A DNA stretch of 25,285 nucleotides from Spirochaetales bacterium (lineage in GTDB: Bacteria > Spirochaetota > Spirochaetia > DAHUYW01): the NCBI GenBank assembly GCA_027314665.1, contig DAHVAK010000194.1, forward strand, positions 1 to 25,285, given 5' to 3'. The translations under genes and the position numbers were made by a program. Under the pieces are notes generated by a model. That model saw only the letters and a program-made list of their open reading frames with translations, did no database searches and was not told the origin of the DNA. Positions 8,053 through 16,845 of the stretch are shown in pieces; the stretch's first letter is position 1, and each line of letters opens with the position of its first letter.

Positions 8053-9516
8053 ATGAGACGGATCGTTTTCGTGGAGCCCAAGTCGCCGAACCTGCATATC
8101 TTCTCGCGCTTCGCGCTCCCGAGGCTCGGAAGCATCATTCTCGCCACCATGATGCGGGAGCGGGGGTGGGAGGCGTCGGTCGTCGCGGAGGATCTCGCCT
8201 TCCTCGACCTCGACCGCCTTCGCTCGGTCGATCTGGTGGGGATCTCGACCATTACCTCAACCGCCCCGCGGGCCTACGCGATAGCCGACTCCCTTCGGGA
8301 GCGCAACCTTACGGTCATCATAGGCGGGCCCCACGTCACCGAGCTTCCCGACGAGGCCCTGGAGCACGCCGATTTCGTCATCCGGGGCGAAGGGGAAGAG
8401 CCCCTCATGCGCTTCATCGACGCTTGGGAGCGGGGTCGTGATTTCTCGCAGGTGCCGAGCCTCTCCTACCGCAGGGGGGCAAGCGCGGTGCACAATCCCC
8501 TTGCCCCGGCCATCACCCATCTCGATGCGCTTCCCTACCCCGATTTCGCGCTCCTCGAGGGCGGGCTGCGGACGGTCGCCGGGATGCGGACTATTCCCGT
8601 ACAGACCTCTCGGGGCTGTCCCTTCGACTGCTCATTCTGCTCGGTGACCGGCATGTTCGGGCGCGCCTACCGACATCGCTCGACTGCGAACATCATCGAG
8701 GACCTCGCCCGCTACGATGAGCCGGGCAACTTCATCTTTTTCTACGATGACAATTTCACCGCGAGCCCGGCTCGGGCGAAGGAGCTGCTTCGGGCGATGA
8801 TCGACCGAGGCTTCGCCTTCCGGTGGTCGACCCAGGTCCGAGCGGACGTTGCGCGCGACGAGGAGCTGGTCGCGCTCATGAGGCAGGCGGGGTGCCACAC
8901 GGTGTTCATCGGTTTCGAATCGGTCAACCCGGAGAGCCTCGCGGGGATGAACAAGCGCCAGAGCGTCGACGACATCGGCGAGGCGATTCGGGTGCTTCGC
9001 CGCCATCGGATCAACATCCACGGGATGTTCGTCCACGGCTTCGACGAAGACGATTGGTCTGCGGTGGAGCGAAGCGTTCGCTTCGCGCGGCGGGCCCGGC
9101 TCACCTCCTGCCAGTTTCTCATTCTCACCCCCCTGCCGGGGACCCGATTCTACCGCGAGATGATCGATTCCCGTCGCCTGCTCGGCCGCGACTGGTCGCT
9201 CTACGACAGCCACCACGTGGTCTTCGCACCGAAGCGGATGAGCGCCCCCGAGCTGCAGTGGGCCCAGATCTACAGCCACAAGCGCATCTATTCCGCAGGC
9301 GCGACGGTGGGACGTCTCCTGCGCGGGAATCTGGTGAGCGTGGTGCTTTCGATCTACGCGCGCCGGCTCAACCGCGCCTGGCAGCGGCGCAACCAATCCT
9401 ACCTTACGGCGGTCGGACTGATCGCCTCGAGCCTGCGGGAGCTGCGTCGGGGCAATCTCAGCGAGCGGATTCGGAGGCGGCTTGCGGGTCCTGAGGTCTC
9501 CTCGACCGGCGGCTGA
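8053..9516 (+). CDS. B12-binding-domain radical SAM protein (class B rSAM), function unknown
   Basis: N-terminal Rossmann-like B12-binding region (...VDLVGISTITSTA...VIIGGPHVTELP...). Then ...TSRGCPFDCSFCSV, a CxxxCxxC radical-SAM cluster motif, followed by a TIM-barrel-like region. The ribosome-binding site is GAAGGAGG at 8041-8048. Confidence 0.75.
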   Translation: MRRIVFVEPKSPNLHIFSRFALPRLGSIILATMMRERGWEASVVAEDLAFLDLDRLRSVDLVGISTITSTAPRAYAIADSLRERNLTVIIGGPHVTELPDEALEHADFVIRGEGEEPLMRFIDAWERGRDFSQVPSLSYRRGASAVHNPLAPAITHLDALPYPDFALLEGGLRTVAGMRTIPVQTSRGCPFDCSFCSVTGMFGRAYRHRSTANIIEDLARYDEPGNFIFFYDDNFTASPARAKELLRAMIDRGFAFRWSTQVRADVARDEELVALMRQAGCHTVFIGFESVNPESLAGMNKRQSVDDIGEAIRVLRRHRINIHGMFVHGFDEDDWSAVERSVRFARRARLTSCQFLILTPLPGTRFYREMIDSRRLLGRDWSLYDSHHVVFAPKRMSAPELQWAQIYSHKRIYSAGATVGRLLRGNLVSVVLSIYARRLNRAWQRRNQSYLTAVGLIASSLRELRRGNLSERIRRRLAGPEVSSTGG

Positions 9517-9528
9517 CGAGGCGACCTT

Positions 9529-9567
9529 GGCCGAGGAGGCTGCGGACGTCCCCGCGGGGCCTCGGCG
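9529..9567. terminator. Imperfect GC-rich hairpin between convergent genes (candidate bidirectional terminator)
   Basis: GGCCGAGG...(contains palindromic GACGTC)...CCTCGGCG sits in the 51-nt gap between the rSAM stop (9516) and the ABC-F stop (9568). There is no U-run. Confidence 0.3.
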
Positions 9568-11643
9568 CTACCCGCGAACGATCGCGGCGAGCTCGGCGTC
9601 GAGCTCCTCCCAGCGCTTGCTCGCCGCGGCCTGCTCGCGCTCGTTCGCCGCAAGCTGCTCCTTCAGAGCGCGCACCTTCTCCCCATCCCGGTACACCGCA
9701 GGCGAGGCGATCTCTTCGGAGAGCTCGCGCTTCAGGCGCTCGAGGGCGTCGATCTTCGCGAGGATGGCCTCCTGCTCGCGCTCGATCCTGCGTTGGGCGG
9801 CGGGGATGCGGTGGGTCCCGTGAAGCGGGGCGCTGGGGCGCTCCCGGTTCGCCTCGCGCACTGGGCTGGATCCGGGGGCGGGGGCCGGCGAGTGACTCGC
9901 CTGCGGAGCCTCGCTTGAGGCGGAGGCCCCGCGAGACGAGCTGCCCGAGGAGGGTGCGGATCCGCGCGCGGAGGGTACGGGGCCCGCGGCGCGCAGAGGC
10001 TCCTCCGGCTCACCCCCGTGTTTGGTCTTCCAGACGTAGTACTCGTAGTCCCCCGGAAAGAGGCGCGCGATTGAGGGGCCGCCCGCCTCATCGGCGGTGA
10101 GCTCCAGGACGGTCGTCGCCAACCGGTCGATGAAGCCGCGGTCGTGGGACACGAAGACGAGGGTGCCCGAATAGGCGAGGAGCGCCTCGAGGAGGATGTC
10201 CTTGGACTGGAGGTCGAGGTGGTTGGTCGGCTCGTCGAGGATGAGGAGGTTGGCGGGCACGAGGAGAAGCTTTAGGAGCGCGACCCTGCTCTTCTCCCCG
10301 CCGCTTAAGACCGAGACTTGCTTGAACACGTCGTCGCCCCGAAAAAGAAAGGCGCCGAGCAGGTCGCGCAGGCGGGGAACGAGGGAGGTCGGAGCGGCGC
10401 CGGAGATCTCCTCGATCACCTGCTTTGACGGATCGAGCTGGCCTTCGATGTCCTGGGAAAAGTAGCCGGTCGTTACCCCGGTCCCATAGCGGATGCTCCC
10501 CCGATAGTCGCGATCGATGCCGGCGATGAGGCGCATGAGGGTCGATTTTCCTGCCCCGTTTCGCCCCACGATCACGAGCTTGTCGCCGCGCGTGAGGGAG
10601 AGCGAGAAGCCTTCGAGCACGGGCCTATCCCCGTAGCTCTTGCCGATCTCCTCGAGGGTGAGCACCTGCTTTCCGGAATGGGGCGGCTCGGGAAAGGTGA
10701 AGCGCATGCGCTTCATGCTTTCGGGGATCTCGATGCGCTCGATGCGCTCGAGCTGCTTGATGCGACTCTGGACCATCTGGGCCTTGGAGGCGTTGTACCG
10801 GAAGCGGTTGATGAACTCCTCGGTGCGCGCGATCTCCTCGACTTGGGCGGAATAGCGCGCGAGCAGCTCCGCGAGCTCCTCGCCGCGGCGCTTCTCGTAG
10901 GTCGAGTAGTTTCCGCGGTAGACCTTCAGGCGTCCGTTCCACAGCTCGGCTACGGCGCTGCAGGTCACGTCGAGAAAGTAGCGGTCGTGGGAGACGATGA
11001 GGTAGCCGCCGGCAAGGGAGCTCAGGTATTCCTCGAGCCAGGTGCGCGCCTCAAGGTCGAGATAGTTGGTCGGCTCGTCGAGGAGCAGGATATCGGGCCG
11101 CTCGAGGAGCACCTTCGCGAGGGCGATCCGCATCTGCCAGCCGCCGGAGAACTCCGTGGTGGGGCGGTCGAAGTCCTCGCGGAGAAATCCGAGCCCGAGG
11201 AGCACCCGGGAGATGTGCTCGGCGCGGTTGTAGTAGCCGCTTGCGAGAAGGCGCTCCTGGAGGTCATGGTGGCGCAGAAGGAGCCCTTCGGTTTCCTCGC
11301 TCTCCTCGGTGACGCGAGCGAGGCGCTCTTCGAGCTCCTCCTTCTGCGCCACCAGATCGTGGAGGTGGTCGAAGGCCTGCTCCACCTCGGCAAGAAGGGT
11401 TGCGCCCGAGTGGACGATCCCCGATTGGGGGAGATAGGCGACGCGGCTGCCCCGCTCGGACGACACCTCCCCCGAGTCGGGGGCGAGCAGACCGGCCGCG
11501 ATCTTCATGAGGGTGGACTTTCCGCTTCCGTTCGCTCCCGCGAGCGCGGTGCGCGTGGCGGAGTCGATGTTGAAGTTGATCCCGGAGAGGACGTCCCGAT
11601 CCCCATGGGCAAGCGCCACTCCGGTCAATTGAACGAATGCCAA
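9568..11643 (-). CDS. ABC-F family ATPase (tandem ABC domains, no TMD), Uup-like with C-terminal linker + coiled-coil
   Basis: Two Walker A motifs (GANGSGKST, GRNGAGKST) and two signature motifs (FSGGWQMRIALAKVL, LSGGEKSRVALLKLL). The Pro/Ser/Ala-rich low-complexity linker is followed by a heptad-rich EREQEAILAKIDALERLKREL... tail, as in Uup. Confidence 0.8.
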   Translation of the reverse strand: MAFVQLTGVALAHGDRDVLSGINFNIDSATRTALAGANGSGKSTLMKIAAGLLAPDSGEVSSERGSRVAYLPQSGIVHSGATLLAEVEQAFDHLHDLVAQKEELEERLARVTEESEETEGLLLRHHDLQERLLASGYYNRAEHISRVLLGLGFLREDFDRPTTEFSGGWQMRIALAKVLLERPDILLLDEPTNYLDLEARTWLEEYLSSLAGGYLIVSHDRYFLDVTCSAVAELWNGRLKVYRGNYSTYEKRRGEELAELLARYSAQVEEIARTEEFINRFRYNASKAQMVQSRIKQLERIERIEIPESMKRMRFTFPEPPHSGKQVLTLEEIGKSYGDRPVLEGFSLSLTRGDKLVIVGRNGAGKSTLMRLIAGIDRDYRGSIRYGTGVTTGYFSQDIEGQLDPSKQVIEEISGAAPTSLVPRLRDLLGAFLFRGDDVFKQVSVLSGGEKSRVALLKLLLVPANLLILDEPTNHLDLQSKDILLEALLAYSGTLVFVSHDRGFIDRLATTVLELTADEAGGPSIARLFPGDYEYYVWKTKHGGEPEEPLRAAGPVPSARGSAPSSGSSSRGASASSEAPQASHSPAPAPGSSPVREANRERPSAPLHGTHRIPAAQRRIEREQEAILAKIDALERLKRELSEEIASPAVYRDGEKVRALKEQLAANEREQAAASKRWEELDAELAAIVRG

Positions 11644-11652
11644 GCAGCGCTC

Positions 11653-12981
11653 CTACCGGTTATAGGAAAAGTAGATGATGATTGGGCTCGGCCCGACCTC
11701 GGCTACCACGCCGTCGGTGACGGTCGAGGGCGGCGCGTAGGTGAGCTGCAGCCCTCCGTTGCGAAAGGCGTAGAGAAAGCTCACCGCCGAGCGGCCGCTT
11801 GAGCCGCCGAAGCGGAAGGTGATCACCCCGTCGTAGCTCGCGGAAAGCGCGTCGCTAAGGAACAGGGGGAAATCGACCGTTCCTTCGCCGCTCACCTCCG
11901 CGGGGATCACGTCGGGCTGAAGCCTCGAAAAACCGGTCCAGGAAAAGGTCATCTCGGAGGAGAAGGAGATCCTTCCGTAGTAGTTGCTGCGAAAGCTGCC
12001 CTTGTCCAGAAAGCTCCCGTAGAGGAGCAGCCGCCGGTTGTGCTCCTTCTCGATGGCGAGCTTGACCTCGTCGTTGCTCATGGCGATGTACTGCTCGCTC
12101 ACCTGTTTGCCCTCCGGCCCCAGATAGTGAAGCTGGATCTGGCTTGGCGAAAGGAGGGACATCTGCACGGGGGTCCCAACGAAGGCATATTGGTTCTCGC
12201 CGAGATCCTTGATCGCAGAGTAGCGGTAGCTCGCGCTCAACTTGGGAGTCACGATGCGAAAAGAGTGCGTGCTCGGATCGGGGAAAAAGCCGAACTCTGG
12301 GGCGAACTTTGCGAGGTCGATGCGCCCGGTGTCGATCATGTTCTGGAAGGAGGCGGGTCTGAAGGTCTGGCTCAAGGCCGCATCGATCGATGAACCCTGC
12401 GAGCCCGCCGTCTCGCCTCGTCCGAGGACGAGGTCGAAGTTCTGGCAGTAGCCGAGCACTCCGTCGCCGGTGAGCACCTCGTACCAGGTGGTGCCTTCGG
12501 CGCCGCTTGAGCCGGGAAGATTCTCGCGGGAAATCACCTTGACCTCTTGGTTCGCCCGCATGCGGTAGACCCGCTGCGCGGTGAGGGAGGGGCTCTGATA
12601 GAGCACGATGCCGGCGCTGCGCGAGCGCGCCGTCTCGGTCACGTAGGGGGCGTAGGCTGCGGCGAAATTGATCGCGTCCCGTTCGTGCCGGAAAGGAGAG
12701 ACCCTCCAGTTGTCGATCTCGAGGTTGCCCTTGCCGTGCGGCAGCGCGATGAGGTAGGTGCTCGAAAGCTGCGACTGCGACCGGATGCGAACGATCTCTC
12801 CGGTCTTCACGGACGCCTCGTTTTTCGACCACAGGACGACCCCGTAGCTTGGCCGTGAAGAGCAGGAGACGGTGCTGAGGGCGAGCCCGAGAACAAGCAC
12901 CCCGAGGACGCCGAGGCTCGCCAAGCGGCGGTTTACCGAGAATCTTCTCACGTTAGTATTCCTCTTCCCACTATACGACAA
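11653..12981 (-). CDS. Lipoprotein with SH3b-like domains, function unknown
   Basis: The N-terminus ...LGVLGVLVLGLALSTVSCSS has a lipobox-like L-S-T-V-S-C. Two SH3-like segments are present (YGVVLWSKNEASVKTGEIV..., ...TTWYEVLTGDGVLGYCQNFDLV). The gene sits 9 nt from the ABC-F gene and 8 nt from the upstream gene. Confidence 0.55.
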   Translation of the reverse strand: MSYSGKRNTNVRRFSVNRRLASLGVLGVLVLGLALSTVSCSSRPSYGVVLWSKNEASVKTGEIVRIRSQSQLSSTYLIALPHGKGNLEIDNWRVSPFRHERDAINFAAAYAPYVTETARSRSAGIVLYQSPSLTAQRVYRMRANQEVKVISRENLPGSSGAEGTTWYEVLTGDGVLGYCQNFDLVLGRGETAGSQGSSIDAALSQTFRPASFQNMIDTGRIDLAKFAPEFGFFPDPSTHSFRIVTPKLSASYRYSAIKDLGENQYAFVGTPVQMSLLSPSQIQLHYLGPEGKQVSEQYIAMSNDEVKLAIEKEHNRRLLLYGSFLDKGSFRSNYYGRISFSSEMTFSWTGFSRLQPDVIPAEVSGEGTVDFPLFLSDALSASYDGVITFRFGGSSGRSAVSFLYAFRNGGLQLTYAPPSTVTDGVVAEVGPSPIIIYFSYNR

Positions 12982-12989
12982 AAACCCCG

Positions 12990-13895
12990 TCAGGGGGCGA
13001 CGGTCACGGGGGGAAGATCCGCAATGATGAGGATTCTTCCCTCCGTGATCAGCTTGATATTGTCCGGGCTCGCGAGCAGGCGGCGCGCGGCCTGATCCGA
13101 GATGATCACGTCGGTATCGTTCTTGCCGAAGATCCCGGTCGCGACGGTCTGAAAGGGCACCGCGCCGATCCGCGCGAGAAAGGGCCCGAGGGAGGTCGAG
13201 TCGGTGTAGGCCGCCAGCCCTTGCGCCCGCAGAACCGAGGGCTCGACGCTCTTTGCCGAGGCGACGAGATTCATGCTCTCGTCCCAGATCCGAGGAAACA
13301 GGCAGGGGGCGAGATGCGCGCTGCGGTTCTCGCCGTGAACCGGGAGGGCTCCCTTGGCGTAGATCACGATCCCGCTGAACGGCGTCGTGGGGACGAAGCC
13401 AAGGGGAGGCAGCGGCGGGTTCGCTCGGCTCTGATGGACGAAGATCCTGCCGAGGTCGGGGAAGAGGGGGATCCGGTAGTGAACCACCAGATGCGTCAGG
13501 TCGCGGGAGAGAACGGCGAAGCGTTCGTCGCCCGGGGTGAGGATGCCCATGACTGCCGACATCGTCGCCGGATCGGATTGGGCGAGGCTCCCGACGGTGT
13601 CGAAGGAGTCGACCGGGATCGGAAAGAGCGTGGAGGCAAGCATCTGCGGAGCGGACTCCTCAATAATCCGCTGCCCCTCGGCGCGAGCGCTCGGCAGAAC
13701 CACGGAAAAGCCGGTGAGGTCGATCCGCGCGTCGATCGCCACGAAGCCCTGCCGCCAGTCGACGCTGCTCGTGTAGGTCGGGACCGGGGCGGGGGGCGGC
13801 GCGCCGTCGGGCGAGCCGCCGTCCGTCTGGGCAAGAAGGGAGCTCGGCGCGAGGAGCGCGCAGGCAAGAACCGAGAGGAGGATCGCTCGCTTCAC
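12990..13895 (-). CDS. Exported hypothetical protein (signal peptide)
   Basis: MKRAILLSVLACALLAPSSLLAQT is signal-peptide-like, and I recognise no catalytic motif. Its start overlaps the stop of the upstream MltD-like gene (ATGA at 13892-13895). Confidence 0.5.
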   Translation of the reverse strand: MKRAILLSVLACALLAPSSLLAQTDGGSPDGAPPPAPVPTYTSSVDWRQGFVAIDARIDLTGFSVVLPSARAEGQRIIEESAPQMLASTLFPIPVDSFDTVGSLAQSDPATMSAVMGILTPGDERFAVLSRDLTHLVVHYRIPLFPDLGRIFVHQSRANPPLPPLGFVPTTPFSGIVIYAKGALPVHGENRSAHLAPCLFPRIWDESMNLVASAKSVEPSVLRAQGLAAYTDSTSLGPFLARIGAVPFQTVATGIFGKNDTDVIISDQAARRLLASPDNIKLITEGRILIIADLPPVTVAP

Positions 13896-15406
13896 GGCAT
13901 GCTCGCCTCGAGGAGGCCGCTGGACTGCGGAACGTGAAGTCGCGTGCCGATCGAGAGGATCCCGGTAAGGGAAAGCCCGTTCGCGCGCGCGAGCGCCTCC
14001 GGGGTGGTGCCGTAGCGCCGGGAGATGCTCCAGAGGGTATCCCCCGTCTCGACGCGATAGGTGCCGGTGAAGGGCCCGATCGGGCCGGACGACTGGGACG
14101 CCGCCACCGCGGAGACTGCCGGGCGCTTGTAGGGTGGCACATCCTTGACGCCGGGGATGACCAGGCGCGTGCCGATCTGGAGGAAGCGAGGCTGCACGCT
14201 GGGATTATACTGCAGAATCATCGAGACCGGAACACCGTAGTAGCGGGCAAGATCGTAGAGGGTGTCCCCGGAGCCGACCGTGTAGATGTAGAAGCGCATG
14301 AGCTTGAACTGCTGGTCCCTGAGGGTGGTCGTGACCGCGGCGAAATCCTGCTTCGGAACCTTGAGGTAGAAGGGCATCCCGCCCGGCGGGGGCGTGATGT
14401 CGTAGCGCAGCTCGGCGTTTCCCTCCAGAAGCGAGTCGAGGTTCACCCCTGCGTCGCGCGCGAGAATGCGAAGGTCGACCGCCTGGTTGAGCCTGATGCG
14501 CTCCCACTCGACGGGAGGATCCCAGTTGAGCGGGATGCCGTAGCGGCCCGCGTAGCTCGCGACCGCGGCGATGGCGAGGAACTTCGGGACGTACTGCTTG
14601 GTTTCGTAGGGAAGATACCCGTCGGCGGCCAGGGTCCAGAAGTTCTTGATCCCGGTCTTCTGGGTGAGGTAGATCATCGTGCCCAGACCGCTGTTGTACG
14701 CGGCGAGCGCAAGGAGCCAATCCCCGAGGACCTGATAGTTGTATTCCAGCTTTTGCAGGGAGGTGTTGGTCGCCTTCCAGAAATCGAAGCGGTCGTCCTC
14801 CCACTCGTCGATGCGCATCGTCGAGGGGTCGATGCTGTTCGTCATGAGCTGCCACAGCCCCGCCGCTCCGGTGTAGGAGACCGCATAGGGATCGAAGGTC
14901 GATTCGACGATCGGAAGGTAGGCCAGCTCCGGAGGCATGTGGTAGTGCTGGATGCGCTGCGCGATGAAATCGAGAAAGGGCCGGGCCCGCTGCAGCACGT
15001 AGCTGAGCCACTGGATTCCTTCCGGGGAGGTGTAGTAGGAGAGGTAATACTTCAAGAGCCCGTTCATCGGAACGTCGAGGCTGAAGACCTCCGGTCCCGC
15101 GTGGGTCTGGCGAGGGGCGAGGGCTCCCCCGGGCGGAAAGCTGCCGCTCGCCTCCTGAAGCTCCTCCTCGGAGGGGGGCAGGTTTCCGCCTCCCGAGGGG
15201 GTGTAGCTCGCAAGCTGATAGTCGGCGAAGTCTGCCGCCTCGCCCGCGATCGCCCAGGGATGGTCGCCGAGGGCCTGCGGGGGGCGGGTTCTCTCGTTGC
15301 GGTCATGCCCTTCCGGAAGCGGCTGAGCAAACGCAGGGGCGGCGGCCATGAGGAGCGCGAGAGCGCTCGCCACCAGCCGCGACAAGGGCTTCAGCGAAGT
15401 CGTCAT
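13892..15406 (-). CDS. Lytic murein transglycosylase (SLT domain) with two C-terminal LysM domains, MltD-like
   Basis: The signal peptide is ...LALLMAAAPAFAQP. The SLT motif is ...LPIVESTFDPYAVSYTGAAGLWQLM (ES...GLWQ). The two LysM repeats are YTVGSGDTLYDLARYYGVPVSMILQYN...GTRLVIP and YRVETGDTLWSISRRYGTTPEALARANGL...GTRLHVP. The ATG at 15406 is preferred over the TTG at 15409. Confidence 0.8.
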   Translation of the reverse strand: MTTSLKPLSRLVASALALLMAAAPAFAQPLPEGHDRNERTRPPQALGDHPWAIAGEAADFADYQLASYTPSGGGNLPPSEEELQEASGSFPPGGALAPRQTHAGPEVFSLDVPMNGLLKYYLSYYTSPEGIQWLSYVLQRARPFLDFIAQRIQHYHMPPELAYLPIVESTFDPYAVSYTGAAGLWQLMTNSIDPSTMRIDEWEDDRFDFWKATNTSLQKLEYNYQVLGDWLLALAAYNSGLGTMIYLTQKTGIKNFWTLAADGYLPYETKQYVPKFLAIAAVASYAGRYGIPLNWDPPVEWERIRLNQAVDLRILARDAGVNLDSLLEGNAELRYDITPPPGGMPFYLKVPKQDFAAVTTTLRDQQFKLMRFYIYTVGSGDTLYDLARYYGVPVSMILQYNPSVQPRFLQIGTRLVIPGVKDVPPYKRPAVSAVAASQSSGPIGPFTGTYRVETGDTLWSISRRYGTTPEALARANGLSLTGILSIGTRLHVPQSSGLLEASMP

Positions 15407-15422
15407 CAATGTTGGTCACCAC

Positions 15423-15438
15423 GCGCACGCTCGTGCGC
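15423..15438. promoter_or_regulatory. Perfect palindrome GCGCACG-CT-CGTGCGC in the 32-nt gap between lipoprotein and MltD-like genes
   Basis: Read directly. It would form a hairpin in the polycistronic minus-strand RNA, with a 6-bp stem plus GCTC loop, or serve as a protein site. No U-run follows. Confidence 0.25.
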
Positions 15439-15441
15439 CGA

Positions 15442-16512
15442 TCAATGATTTGATTGCGGGCCGGAGAACGGCTTGTCTCCAAAGTAGATGCCCGCCCACT
15501 CCCACTGACCCTGCACGTTGGGATCAGCGGGAAAGTTGATTCTACGAAAATAGAGGTACCAGGTCTCGATTCGATAGGTCCAGCCGCCGGTGCGCAGGTA
15601 GGCCTCCTGGGAGTTCGCGTCGAGGGTGTCGGAGACCCAGACTGAAGGGTTCATGAAGACTCCGAAGTCGGTGAGGAACTCCGGATCATCGGGGGTCGGG
15701 GTGTCGCCCGACTCCCAGGAGCGGACGAAGAAACCGACCTTCGCCTGATAATGCAGGAGAAGCGAGACGTTCTGGTTGGCAATGGCCGATCGAATGGCGG
15801 TTACCAAGTCGGAAAGGCTCGGCATTGCCCAGTTCTTCTTGGGGTACTCGTAGAAGTTGACGAAGTAGGTTACCTCGTTTCGGGCCTCGGGGTGGCCCGG
15901 GATCGGGACGTCCGGGTAGCTCAAGTAGCTCTTGAAGGCTTGGAGCTCCAGGTCCCACTCGTGCAGCTCACCGTAGGTCTCCCCGAGGGAATAGTAGGTG
16001 GGCCCCATTTGAATCTTGTCCCCGTAGCGCGCGATGAGGTCCTTGTAGTAACCGACTCGCGCTTGCGGGTCCTTGGTGATCTTGATGAGCCGCATGAGGC
16101 ACAGGTAGTGCAGCGACTTTCCGCGGACCATGAGATCGGGGTAGTCTGCCACGATGCGGTCGTAGTAGGCCGCGGCGAAGGGAAAGGCGCCCACCCCGTC
16201 GTAGTCCTGCGCCACGACGTAGAGGTAGTAGGCGTCATAGGGGTCTTTCGGGTGTCTGCGCACGTAGTCGGTGAGAAAGAGGTTGAGCCGATTGGCGTCT
16301 CCGTGAGCTCGCAGGGCGGCGGTGATCTGCTGGACGTAGACGAAGCGGGTTTCGTAGGAGGTGTGGCCATCGTCGACGCCCGCGAGCATCTGGGTGAGCT
16401 CCTGGCGCTGTACGTGACCGCCGACCACAAAGTAGGACTTGGAGAAGCTGCAGCTCGCAAGTAGCACAACGGCCAGCGAAAGCGAGAGGAAAGCACAGAT
16501 AGCCGTTTTCAT
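15442..16512 (-). CDS. Lipoprotein, function unknown
   Basis: From the ATG at 16512 the product begins MKTAICAFLSLSLAVVLLASCSF (lipobox LLASC). The product has an aromatic-rich composition with Y/W/F clusters. The much longer upstream extension in the ORF track (to 17490) overlaps icd and is discounted. Local GC is somewhat lower than in the neighbouring genes. Confidence 0.55.
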   Translation of the reverse strand: MKTAICAFLSLSLAVVLLASCSFSKSYFVVGGHVQRQELTQMLAGVDDGHTSYETRFVYVQQITAALRAHGDANRLNLFLTDYVRRHPKDPYDAYYLYVVAQDYDGVGAFPFAAAYYDRIVADYPDLMVRGKSLHYLCLMRLIKITKDPQARVGYYKDLIARYGDKIQMGPTYYSLGETYGELHEWDLELQAFKSYLSYPDVPIPGHPEARNEVTYFVNFYEYPKKNWAMPSLSDLVTAIRSAIANQNVSLLLHYQAKVGFFVRSWESGDTPTPDDPEFLTDFGVFMNPSVWVSDTLDANSQEAYLRTGGWTYRIETWYLYFRRINFPADPNVQGQWEWAGIYFGDKPFSGPQSNH

Positions 16513-16611
16513 ACGCCGACGGATACTACCACGGAGCCCCTCGGTTGACAACACCGGAACGCGACCCAGCGCCGGCGGCGGTTGGCAGGGCGCTGACAAA
16601 GCGAGTGACCC

Positions 16612-16680
16612 CCTGCCGAAACGACGTTTTCGGTTGCGCCTCTTGCCGCCGATTGGCTCGAGAAAACGCCGTTTTGGCAG
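16612..16680. promoter_or_regulatory. Twin palindromic sites AAACG-N-CGTTT (16618-16628 and 16663-16673) with outer CTGCC/GGCAG flanks
   Basis: Read directly: CTGCCGAAACGaCGTTTTCGG ...26 nt... GAGAAAACGcCGTTTTGGCAG. Each core is a perfect 11-nt odd palindrome. The two 22-nt blocks are also inverted copies of each other (18/22). They lie about 100-200 bp upstream of the predicted icd promoter, in the divergent region shared with the lipoprotein gene. Confidence 0.4.
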
Positions 16681-16782
16681 GTGCCTTTGAGTATGACAGC
16701 AACCTGTTGGGCGCTCCGTCGGCCCGACATCCTGCCGGCTGGGCATCGCCGACCCTTCAAGGGCTCCCAGCGCCCCGCTTGG

Positions 16783-16811
16783 TTGGCAAGGCGAGGCCTT
16801 TCCGATAGAAT
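16783..16811 (+). promoter_or_regulatory. Sigma70-like promoter for icd: TTGGCA-17 nt-TAGAAT
   Basis: TTGGCA (16783-16788), an exact 17-nt spacer and TAGAAT (16806-16811). The ribosome-binding site AAGGAG lies at 16832-16837 and the ATG at 16846. Confidence 0.4.
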
Positions 16812-16845
16812 TGTCGTCTGAAAGTGCGCCAAGGAGTAGTAATTC

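Noticed and set aside
10678-11802. 374-aa + strand ORF antisense to the ABC-F gene
   Set aside because: The minus-strand product has tandem Walker A and signature motifs. The + ORF has no motifs and a GC-artefact composition.
13934-15448. 504-aa + strand ORF antisense to the MltD-like gene
   Set aside because: The minus-strand product has clear SLT and LysM motifs, while the + ORF is an R/G/D/E-rich artefact.
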